A stretch of 64,000 nucleotides of DNA from Tubiluchus corallicola (taxonomy: Eukaryota; Animalia; Priapulida), in contig JAQGDQ010000036.1 in the NCBI GenBank assembly GCA_030141605.1, forward strand, positions 496,001-560,000, written 5' to 3'. Numbering within the stretch: the stretch's first letter is position 1; every line of letters starts with the position of its first letter. A program made the translations under genes and the position numbers. A model generated the notes under the pieces. That model was not told where the DNA came from. It searched no databases and saw only the letters and a list, made by a program, of their open reading frames with translations. Below are positions 12,451-23,574 of the stretch, in pieces.

Positions 12451-14579
12451 CAAAAATCTTGCTGTTCCGTTAACCTCAGTTTTATGATGATATCATGACA
12501 GCGGGTCTGGTGAAGCACCGACCCAAAGTACCGTCCCAAGAATTTCCACATAAAATTTACGCTTAGAAAGTATTTTTGTCCGAGTAGAAAGCTATGAAGT
12601 AACTGGAACTTCATTTAGCATAAGTAATCTCGTTTGGCCTTATCTTTGAATGTAGGCTGCTAGTGTTTCCTGGAGACAGTTTTATGTGCAAATTGAAACG
12701 AAGTCATATAAACAAGTGCCTTTCTTTTATAACATCCAGCTGTTGTTTTTGCCAAATGTTTAAATTTATTTGGAAGAATAAAATATTTGTTACATATTGC
12801 CTTCAAAACATGAAAATATTTACACAACTGAATGACAAGTTGCAGCTAGCTAGGAGCAGTTTTTACAATTTCTTTACGATACTTGCGTCTTTTTTACATA
12901 CAATAGCAGAAAATGATTGGTGCAATAAAAACTAACGAGTTCTCGCAGCAATGAGCATTGGGGCAGATGCACGTTATCACCGCACCGTCCTCGCGTAACA
13001 AAATTATAAGAACAGAGGAAATGGTGTCAAATATTCTCGTGGGACCTAAATAAGATTCCTTATAATTTATAAGTTAGAATGCTTTCTTATTTATTTTTAC
13101 ACCGATCATCAGTTAACGGTATCCACCCATCTCGCCAGCGGGACAGTTTGCTGTGGTACACTTTGCCCGTGGTAGGTATATACAGCACGTAGTTTATTGA
13201 CCAAATCAAATTACATGTATGCATGAACAATGATGTAAATGCCACAATCGATACATTAGTGATTTCAGACTAAAGGTCACTTCACGCGCATTTTCTACCA
13301 AAGGTACAGTATTACGCCTACAAGATGTACATTTAAATTTTTAAACCAAAGAACACAACGGCAAAGCTGCAAGTGAAACAGCTATGATGTTACATCATTT
13401 ATACAATTCGTTACGTCACTCACTTCATACAAACAACAAACAAGTCAACACTGAACGTGCAGAATTTCATGATATATTACGTAAGGATCGTGGTGCTCAA
13501 AGAGGTGAGTTAAATCAGCAAAGTTGTCGTAGCGGTTTCTTACAATTATATGTTAGGGGTCTACCACAAAAGCGTAGAACGTTACGTGTTTATTAAAATT
13601 ATGAAAGCACACGCGGACTCTATGTGAATGCAAATAAATTATATAGCCTTCTTTGCAAATTTTGTATATACGGCTGAAAATTAGACTGTCCCAGAAATTG
13701 TAACAGAAAGTCAAGTTGCGTCATCACTGATAATTTTCAGAGTATGCCCTAACATTACTCCAAGTGGGCTCTTCAACGAGTAAAAGAAAAGACGCTATGA
13801 CAATTTTCTTTAGTCCGCAATTACATGTAAACCCCAATGGCAACCTGCTGTAGAATGAGTCATCACGTCCAGAACGAACAAGCAAGACGCATCTTGTAAA
13901 CACATTTCCCTCGCACATCCAAGACGCATGCTTCTTGGACGAACATCTAGGACTCACCGTGTAAATAGGTCCTAAGAATTGGTAAACCGCACCTGCGTCG
14001 CATGGTTTAAAATCTGTCAGTGAGGCAAGTAAAACCAGGTCAGACACGCGGCTTGAGCATTTATTAAAAAGATTAAATTTTAGCATCTGTAGCAGTAGTT
14101 TTGATGTCTGCTTCTTTAACAAATGTCACATTGCTATATCAAGTAAGTATTAGCAAAATACAGAAGATCGCAAATCGTAAATGAATTCAGCCTAGAGATC
14201 ACGTAGATATTGTTACTAAAACGCCAATACGAGAACTGTGGCTCATTTTCCGAGAGTCAGCAGAATTTGTGGTTATTGTTTACTGAGGGAAAACAGCTGC
14301 AAATTATATACTCATTGCACGCCTCGGGAGAAAGCCTTAAATTTTTTTGTCCGATTTATGCAAAGTCTTTTGTTTGCTGCATTACTTAACAAAAATTATA
14401 TTATTACTATTATTATTATTATTATTAAGAATTCCTGGTATTTTTACGAAGTACATATCTTGCGCTATTGCTTAATGCTACAGACACTAGAATTCGTATA
14501 AGTAAGGTCAACTGCATGTGTAGTCTAAACATAGATAAAACAGCTGTGGAATAAATAGTTTTCTTTGCAGTCTTATAAA

Positions 14580-15370
14580 GGTTTATTAAAATAATAATCT
14601 TCTAACCCAAAGGTTAAATTACATTACATTAAAAAGACAATTACACTAAGATTAAGCTTATTAAAATCGATTAAATCGCGATGTCACAATTTGTACAATA
14701 GTAATAAACTTGCCAATAATTAAAAAGTATTATGGTATAAAACTATTTTTAAAACGCTCAGTACGGCAAAGAAGTAAATGGTACATTACATGCTTATGAA
14801 GTATGCGCATGCGAGAATTGTGTTTAGGTAACAAATAGTGGAATCTGCAAAGATCATTTCTAGGTGCAGATAAAAATTCAATTTTAGGCAGGTGTAAAGC
14901 GTTTACATAGGGTGTGTAGAGGAAAATTAATCCTAAAATTCGTTTTTGGATTGACTCTAGTAACCATGTCTGTTCTATTGACAAGTTGTGAAGGTACAAA
15001 AAAAACTAATGTACTAATATGAAAATAGTAGCCATCGCTGAGTTTCGAGGTACGGAAGCGACCACAAAGCAGGTTCTCACCGGCAGTCTAACACGGGTTC
15101 GCCGAGCCACCTGTTTAGCTGAAATGAGAACTGTAGATCATTCCGACGGTTAGTAAGTCGTTTGCCGGATATGAAGCTCTGAATGAGACGCGTGGAGTAG
15201 GCACACTGGAGCAGTAGTGGAGAATTCGACAAACATAGCCACCTACACGCTGACATCGCGTGAATGAGTTCAGGGTGTTGAAGTTAGAAAGAGTCTGGAA
15301 GGTTGGTAGCATAAGCGGGTAGGAACCGTTTATTTCAGTATTATAGAGTATTTGATACGTGTTAAACACA
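14580..15370 (-). mobile_element. Decayed, internally deleted non-LTR retrotransposon (L2/CR1/Daphne-like): ORF2 C-terminus plus a probable endonuclease remnant
   Basis: Minus-strand peptide LESIQKRILGLIF...HYLLP...CRTERFKNSFIP (14730-14999) matches the typical C-terminus of L2/CR1-group ORF2. AATAAAC on the minus strand near 14581-14587. The upstream peptide ...RCQRVGGYVC... resembles the RxxRxGGGV motif of LINE endonucleases (weaker evidence). Confidence 0.7.
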
Positions 15371-17869
15371 ATTATAATGTGAAATGACTATGTTGTTATA
15401 CCCAAATAAATATGTTAGGTAAAATCAGTTTGAGTCTAATAAATTTGAATCTAAATTATTAGACGTCACAGGATTATTCTTGAGCGTCTATTGAATGTTA
15501 ATGCTCAAAGTGATTTGAACAACAACGATATATAAACAGAACCAATCCCTGTCTAAGTATGACCCCGTAGAGATACCATAGGGTTCAGTGTGTGAATACC
15601 CCCTTACTTAACTGAAAATAAAAAAATGAAAAATAAAATTTATCCCTGACATAGAAAACAAACATAATAGTATACAAGTATAAACCATCAAAATAGAAAT
15701 AGGTGGTTTCCGAATCGGTCACCCTAAACGAGTATGAATAAGGCCAAAGATTTTGATAATCGTGTGTCCTTGATTTCTCTTTTTCCTCCATTAGAGTCAA
15801 ATTTATTTGTCAGCAGCAGTTTGTACATGTTAATTGCTCGCCAGATGGTAAAACGGAGCAACTTTGTATTTTGCAGTTCCTGTGATGTATTTTGTACAAT
15901 GATGGAAATAATAAATTCGCAATACAAACCATATTTATTATTGTTTCTGTGAATGACAGCACGTCACGAGATCACAACTATAAAATGTATCATTGTATTA
16001 ATCATGCAATTGTCAGGAGGGTGTCGTCTTGCATCCTTAACCTGTATTTGCACTAAGATTCGCTGATAATTGATATTTGCTCTTTTAAGTTTAGATGCAT
16101 GCTCCGTAATAGGCTTGTACTATATACACGGTTAGCCTTTTTATTCCTAAAACAATAAAGGAACTTGGAGTCGGGGAGGTACAGGCAAACTTCTAACAAA
16201 TTACGCTGGTCTTCTGATACGATAAGATAGATCTTCTGGATTATGATAAGAAAAACGTCAGCTGTTAAACAAGGTAATTTTAACTTTAGATGAAATACTA
16301 AGTACTGTAAACTGTGAATAAATTATGATCACTTCGAACTGGAGGAAAATCAATTATTGTGTTCACATAATGAAACTAAATACGGGGTTACAGTAGCACT
16401 TAGTTAATTAGGCTAGTAGGAATACCCCTAAAATCCTGATTCCAAGGAATTAGTCCTATTTGTAACATAATCCTTTTTTATTTTTTCCAAATCAGTATGC
16501 TATGTAGTATTGCAGAAAAATTAAATCCAATGAAATGGCCTTGAGGAAAGTTCTTAGAGCCGGTTGAATTGTAGGCCCAGATAAGTACTTGCAAACGTAC
16601 AAATTTGGCATGGTAGAATGAGACTATACGATGCTGTACCCATGTAAGATTTGAGAGTTGACTTTATTAGTATTAAGCCCATGTCACACAGAAAAATTCG
16701 TAAGGAGCAAGCCATAATCCATAATCTGTAAGCCACGAGGCTTCTCCACTTTCCGTAAGGCGCACGTCGTAATCCGCGGTATGCGCCTTGCTCTGTGAGG
16801 CACGAAACTATGATAGGGCCAAGATACTATAGGATAATAGTTAATAAAATTTTACTCATTACGGAATAACAGTCGCATACATTGTATAATACTGGTAAGC
16901 TACCTCCTGCATGTAGTGTACACTTCTTTATGTGCTTGGTATAAACTACAAAATACACAGGCCAAATCAAAATTTGCGTAGTTCTACCCCTACATTTACG
17001 GAAGCATGGGATATAAGACATGCTACGCATCAAATCGAATCAATCAATAGATGGAAAAACAGCTTGGGAAACCTTGATTTTCACCATGAATAATAACAAA
17101 TCTTAATACTGATAACAAATCTTAACACAGAAGAGAAACAACAGTTGTTATAGTAACAATGTGAAAATTGTTTATCTTAGCAAACTCTATAACAGTAGCT
17201 GTAGTAAAAAACAAAATATTGTTCTGCACACTACTCGCCTTTAGTTACTGAACTGTCAACAATTTGTTGCACAAAACCATCCGAATCTTGCAATTGGAAA
17301 AATGCTGTCTTTATTATAAGAAGTGAATGTAAAATGGGTGTATAATGCACTTAACTAGCAACTAATGTAAAAGGGCTGGCTGGCATACACTGATTCTTTT
17401 TTGGAATTTGTATTGTCCTGTGTTGTGTACATGATTAAAATGGGTTCAGTTCAGTAAAAGCTGTGGTTTTTATCTATACTTTTATCTGTTAAATGGGCAT
17501 TTAAATGTCTTCAATATTCACATTCCTCGTCATTTCTTCATTTTTGGTATTTAAGCAATTGCTTTTGTCACAATTGCATAAAAGCATACAAGCAGAACCT
17601 GACAGTTTGCAACTCATTTATCATAGAACATTTTTGCAGTTGGATAAGTAATTGATGTACCTTTTGTAAGCATTTTACAGAATCTATACAAATTTTTAGT
17701 TAATGTAAAGTAACATAAATCTTCAATTGTTCTTATACAATTTTCCTAGGCATTATATATAATGTTAGTATTACTTAAGGGAATGTGTATGTCATGATTC
17801 GACTGTTTGCAACTTTGTGTGGCAAATACATTTGTTGGCCTTTTCTCATGTCCGAGAACTTCCAGTGTC

Positions 17870-18330
17870 ATTCCTCTTCTTACATGGAGATGTTGATCAC
17901 ACAGAAGACCAATTCTAGCACAAAACATGCTTTGACCCAGGTAGCATTCCAAACGTTTTGGCGGTGCAGTTGAGTTTGTCGAGTTTTTTGGCTTCAAAAT
18001 GCCCAATTCCATTGTGGATGGTATGATGACAGTGGTAATGCTGTTAGGCTTAGTTTTCGATTTGACTTTGTTTCCTGTTTATTTGCGTGCAATCTTTGAC
18101 CAGTTGCAAGTTCAGTGAAGAGATTTTCATGAGGAAGCTTGGTCTTCTCCATTATGATGACATGTCGTGACCAATGAAGACATTGTTCCGTGATGGTGGA
18201 CTCTTTCAAAGCAGCGATCTTTGCCCTTAATGACTGGTTTTGTAAGTTTCCAAAAGGCCAAATTAGCTGTTCCTATTCGATGCTCAAGAACCTTTTTCGG
18301 AAGTGTATTTGTTGCAAAAAAACAAATAGC
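17870..18330 (-). mobile_element. Decayed RTE-clade (BovB-like) LINE 3' fragment
   Basis: Frameshifted minus-strand peptides EHRIGTANLAFWKL, ESTITEQCLHWSRHVIIMEKTKLPHENLFTELATGQR and FCARIGLLCDQHLH correspond to the RTE motifs RIxKAxxAFxxL, QLRWxGHVxRMxxxRLPKxLLYGEL and the terminal RIGLxSHxxxH zinc-finger remnant. Confidence 0.75.
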
Positions 18331-19158
18331 CACTGGAAACAAACTGGAAATTGGGCCACCTGGTTGAGCAACATGCCAGAGATGATGATGTTGCATCCAC
18401 TGGCAATAAAACAATTAAATCATCGACTTATTTGAACTGCTCACTTAATTTAGTAGACTGACTAAGTTGTTTTTGCATTCCATACAATGCTTAGGTAATG
18501 TACAAACTATCTAGGAAAGTTTGATTCAACACTAATTATGTCCATTTTACACTAAAGCTGCCAGTAGCTATTATATAAAACGTCTAGGTAAAGTGTGAAA
18601 GAGTCACAGCTCAAAGATTTATTTCAACTTTTCCTAAAATGCATAGATGTGGTATGAAATGCCTAGGAATTTTTTAAAATCAGTAAGTTTTACACATTGC
18701 CTGTAATATATGCTCCACTAAATTAGCAACAACTAATATATCAACACAAAAAAAATCAATATCTTTTTATTTACCAAAATGAATTTTTAGTAGTTTACAT
18801 AGAAAAAATTCTTGATGACTAAGAAGAGAAATAAATGTGGGATTTTTGGAAAAAAGTCAAATTTCCGGCAACAAAATCAATTATTTGCTAATAGTAATTA
18901 ATCTTGTAAGCTGCAGAATCTCTAGTACATGTAATTACAAGTCTGTCATTATACAAGTTATAAAAACCTTTTAAATACCAAAATCATTAAACACTTATGA
19001 TAAAAAATTACAATTCCTAATTTCAGAACTCTGGTGCTGTAACATTAAAGCCACTGTCCATCAAATGAATCTTCCATATTAGAATTGATAAACTTTCTGT
19101 GAAAATGAGATGCAAATACTATATGATTCCGTGGCACTAGATGATGGATGTAACACTG

Positions 19159-21666
19159 CTAAGAAGTTTCTGGAAAAGAGAAAAATTTCAATATCATTTA
19201 CATTCACTAATAAATTATAGGTAAGTGTAGTGGTTCTCAGTGATCCAGGATTAAAGTACTATTTAATGGTTAACTCTATCATAGATGTACTTGGATATTG
19301 CAGTGGGAAAGCCCAAAAAGAAGCGATGCTTTCCAGTGCTCCCTGGTGTTCAACATTTAGAAAAATGCTGCAGTGCTTCTATAGGGGTATTATAGGGAGT
19401 TTAGGCGACACATTTCTACATTTTGAAATTTTTCCAGAAATTACAATTCCAAACAGTTGAGCGGTAAGCTTTGAGTGCATAATTATTGTTTAAGTGACAC
19501 ATTTCTATGTTTTGGAATTTTTTTCAAAAATTATAATTCCAAACAGTTAAGAAGTAAGTTGCAACTGTTTAAACTTTGAGTGCATAATTATTGAAAGCAC
19601 AAAAGAATGCAAAATTTGATAACCACATAGAGATGGCAAACTTTCAGCTACACAGTTATCTGATTAGGAGACATATACATATATACACACACGCACACAC
19701 ACACATATATGTTGTACAATAAACATTTGGACTATATAAATAATATCTTCATGTTGTTTAAAGAATAAAGTTTTTACTTTAAATGTTCAAATGACTCATA
19801 CAGAACTGTGCATGTTGATTGTTAGACAATATCACTACATTATGAACCTTCTATACGGTATAATCTTTTAAACAAGATGAGGCTAATTTTCAATTTACTT
19901 ACTAATCATTTTTCCCCCTTCCCATTTTACTGCTTTTGCAGACATTTCTTCCCTCTTCATAGCTTCCACTCTATATTCAGGCTTCAAAACTCTCCGTACA
20001 GCCTTTGCAGCAATTTGTGAATATCTGATATAGCTGAAACGTAAACATAAATGTAAGGCATTACATAAATCAGTCATTACTTTACTTTTTAATTTACTTT
20101 TCTTTGCAGCTAATCAATCGACTAGCCATGTTCGTCTGTTGGTTGACTCTGACTCACTAATTAAGAATTTTTTCCAATCTGTATTCGAAGTTTTGTGCCA
20201 TTTGCAACTGACTTGCTGCTTATAACTAACCATGCTGACTCTAGAACACAGATGCAAAAACATTGCATGGTTGCGATTAGTCTTCTATATAAAAAGTACA
20301 TGGCATATAGATGTATATTAAAATTGCTTGCAGTAAACTTGCAAAGCCAAGTTTGATGTCACTAAAATTCTCATTTTTACTCAGCTAATAATTTTTAGTG
20401 AATTTTTAAAAATTAGGAAAGACTTTTGATACAACCATTGTAAATGCGTGTCAATTACTTTAGAAAGTGAAAGGCAAAATACCACATTATGCAAAACAAT
20501 TGCTAACATTTGAATAAGGAAATGCCCAATGAATATACACATCTCCTAATGTTGTTCTATGCTGGTTTTTTCGGATCCGATACAACAACAGTATCAATCT
20601 AATACTGATCCTCATTTTGGCTAGAATCAGCTCTCGATGTGCAAGAAACATGTTATGTATAGCTAACCGCTTATACTAGTCTAGTGATGGGGTGATTTAA
20701 TTATTAAGATTAATCTCAACTACCTTAAAAAAAGACTAACTGTATCACCAAAAACTTAACAATCAAATTAATCACGTATGATTAATACTTGTACATATTT
20801 CCACTAAGTCACTTTCGCTTAAGCATGATGTGGCCTGTATTTACAGCACGACTCATCAGCTGCTAGGCCTGTATGAGTCGCCAACAACAGCGAACATCAG
20901 GCTAGGTTCGTCTGAAGGTTAATAAGCTTACACTTATACTGTGTGTTGCTATACTATCTTATTCACTGAACATCAATAAACTTTGCCAACCTAACAAGGT
21001 AGGCAAACTGGATAAAAAAGCTTTTTACATTACACGAGTTAGATAATTTTGATCGTTGATTGCTGTTTTGCCTGAAATATAAATTTGCACTCACATGCGC
21101 TTTTGCCTTTTTTGAATGTTTGGAAGTCCAAGCAGATAAAATTGATTGACATTTAGGTAAATACAGGTAATTTGATACATCTGGAAATATTTAAATTTTG
21201 CTAAATATTGGGGTATTCAATACTTAATATCGGGTTTCAGACAACACTACCACCTCCTTATGGCCACTGGATGCAAATATCACAACTAGCATTTAGATAG
21301 GCAGATAAATTCTTTGTATTCAATTGACAAGCAAATGAATACAAAATGTACACTGCCACAAACAACAACTTATACTTTCTCTCAAATTATTTATTTACTG
21401 ATTTAAAATAAGAATAAATTAATCAGGGTCAACTGAATTTATTTTACAGATCGATATCTTTTATGATAGGGATGGTGCATGACACATAACATTACCGTTT
21501 ATGTGACAATATTGATAGTTTCTTGCGATGTATTGAATGTAATAAAGAAACTCAAAAATTCAAAAAACTCACTGTCACTCAGTGTCAGAAAATAAACACA
21601 CAATTTCAATTAATCTACTAGTAACAAAAAACTTTACTTTAATCCTGCTTGTCGCCAAAAGGTCAT
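19159..21666 (-). CDS. ATP5F1E: ATP synthase F1 subunit epsilon, mitochondrial (56 aa)
   Basis: Exons are 21666-21638 (MTFWRQAGL+AA, donor GTAAAG), 20033-19903 (C+YIRYSQIAAKAVRRVLKPEYRVEAMKREEMSAKAVKWEGGKMI+A, donor GTAAGT) and 19169-19159 (acceptor TTTTCCAG, KTS*), totalling 171 nt. WRQAGLxYIRYSQI is the family signature. The third exon is the least certain. Confidence 0.95.
19407..19593. repeat. Imperfect ~89-bp tandem duplication in an ATP5F1E intron
   Basis: GACACATTTCTA...AATTCCAAACAGTT...CTTTGAGTGCATAATTATTG occurs at 19407-19488 and 19496-19593. Confidence 0.85.
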
Positions 21667-22849
21667 TTTTAAGTAGTTTTCGGATAATGAATTGGTGCTG
21701 CCTGTTCAAAAAAATGAATTTATCAAAATTTTCAATACAGGCAAAGCTCTACAACACGCTTCCACTTCAAGTACAGCCGGGGTCGCAAGCCGCAGTGCAA
21801 TATTAGCACATTAACGTGCCATTCCACACAGTACCCATACTATACTTCTGAGTCTTGCGTTATCTGCTACGAGTCTATGACCAAGACAAAATTGAAAACA
21901 TTGCGATTAAATTTTACAATAATTTAATTATGTACAGTTTTGTCTGAAATGATGTGAGGGTTATTATAAAAGGATAAGTACTTTATTGCAACAATATATC
22001 AGCTAAAGTGTTGTGATTAACTGTTTCCATTAGTGATGAAAGCCTTTTAAACAGATCATAAAAACAATAATTATTATTTTAACACTAATAACATTATAAG
22101 CTTATTACTTATAACAATAATATACAAATTAAAAAAGTAATGTGGATTGTCAGTTATTCAAAAAGAATTAATTTGTCAGCAGTCATCGTCACAATAAGAG
22201 CACATCACACTTTTATATGATGCAAAGTGTAAATAATGTTTTGTTATTTGATGAGGGGTATTAAAACGACGATTAAGTAACAACAGTATGAAACAACCTG
22301 TTTTAGCTAGGTATTGCTTTAACAGCAGAAAATCTATTGTGCCATCAATACTTACAGTGGACACTTCATGCATGCAATCTTGGGCTTACAATCAGACTTG
22401 AAGAGATTACAGTCAAACTGCACAAAGGTATCCTCCACATTTCTTGAAGATGTTTTTTGAAAAGATTGTGTTTTAAACACATTCTTGGGTTAATTCTATT
22501 ATCTTACCCTAGTCTTTCAGGACGTATTTGGAAGAGAGGTTGGATATATTATGTGACCAGTTAGTTTATAAAAAAATAAATTCTAAAGTTTTTGAGGTTC
22601 TCTACTTATAATCCATAAGATTAAAGGTGTGCAACAGCACAAAGCTTTCACGTGAAACATTGAATATACGATGGATTAGGCATTACTCGAGAGCGTCAAG
22701 GCGTTTATATTAGTTTTGAACGCTTTGATGTAACGAATTGTTTTACTTTCTTACTTGATCATTAATGTAGGAAAAATGTTAAGTTAGTAAAGTTACACCC
22801 TTAAGTTAGATTAAGCTACATTATGTTTTTATTATAAAATAGTTACATT

Positions 22850-23050
22850 ACTTACTGCAGTTAAATTTATAATATTTGTTGCAATTACGAAAATGTAGAT
22901 ATTTGGGTTACACGGGCGTCGCACGGTAAGTCGGGTAACGTGAAAGGAGGTATGATAACAAACGAAACCGAATAGAAAACTGGGCTGCTTTTAGATATCG
23001 TGCAGCATTGTGCCTATGTGGGCGACTAGTCATACTATTGGCCTCTTGAG
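22850..23050. promoter_or_regulatory. Probable bidirectional promoter / first non-coding exons of ATP5F1E (-) and ZC3H18 (+)
   Basis: The genes are head-to-head and there is local CpG enrichment. Outward-facing GTAAGT donors sit at 22855-22850 (-) and 22926-22931 (+). Both start codons are preceded by splice acceptors (near 21702 on -, 23537 on +). Confidence 0.5.
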
Positions 23051-23574
23051 TCTTGAAAAAGTGTTATGATATGAAAATATTTCGCAGCTTTTCATTTCAG
23101 ACTCTGCGCTTTTTTCTGTCATTGTTGATCCTGAATATGAGGATGACAAGATTCCTTTCTCTATTGTCTAATAATTGTAAACTTAATTAAGACAGCAGTA
23201 CGTACTGGCTTAGTATGTTAGCTGTCTGTAGCCTGAGTGTGTGATAATGGGCTAAAGTTAAACGGCTGGTATAAACTAGATAGGTTTAGGACTTTTCGTC
23301 TGATTTTCCACGAAAATATTGAATTTAGGCGTTCAAAGATTATTCTTTGAGTAAAGAAATTCTGAATGAATTAGTTTTATATGTTGGCTATTTAAATTTA
23401 GTACCGAGTGGTATGTTAATTTGTAAATTTGCTTTGTAAATTATTATTGAACGATATAATTAATTTGTACATTCGCATGTTACTGTTAGCCACATCTGTA
23501 TATTAATTATGCTTCTAAGCTTTGCTGTGTTTTTCAGAACAGTTCTGTATAGGTGTTTTTATAAATCGCTCATC

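Noticed and set aside
11905-12453. 182-aa antisense ORF and 101-aa alternative-frame ORF over the last UNC-93 exon
   Set aside because: Shadow ORFs of a GC-richer coding exon; no recognisable motifs.
13724-14122. 132-aa minus-strand ORF in a GC-richer intergenic patch
   Set aside because: Non-ATG start, no recognisable domain and no convincing exon chain; left unannotated.
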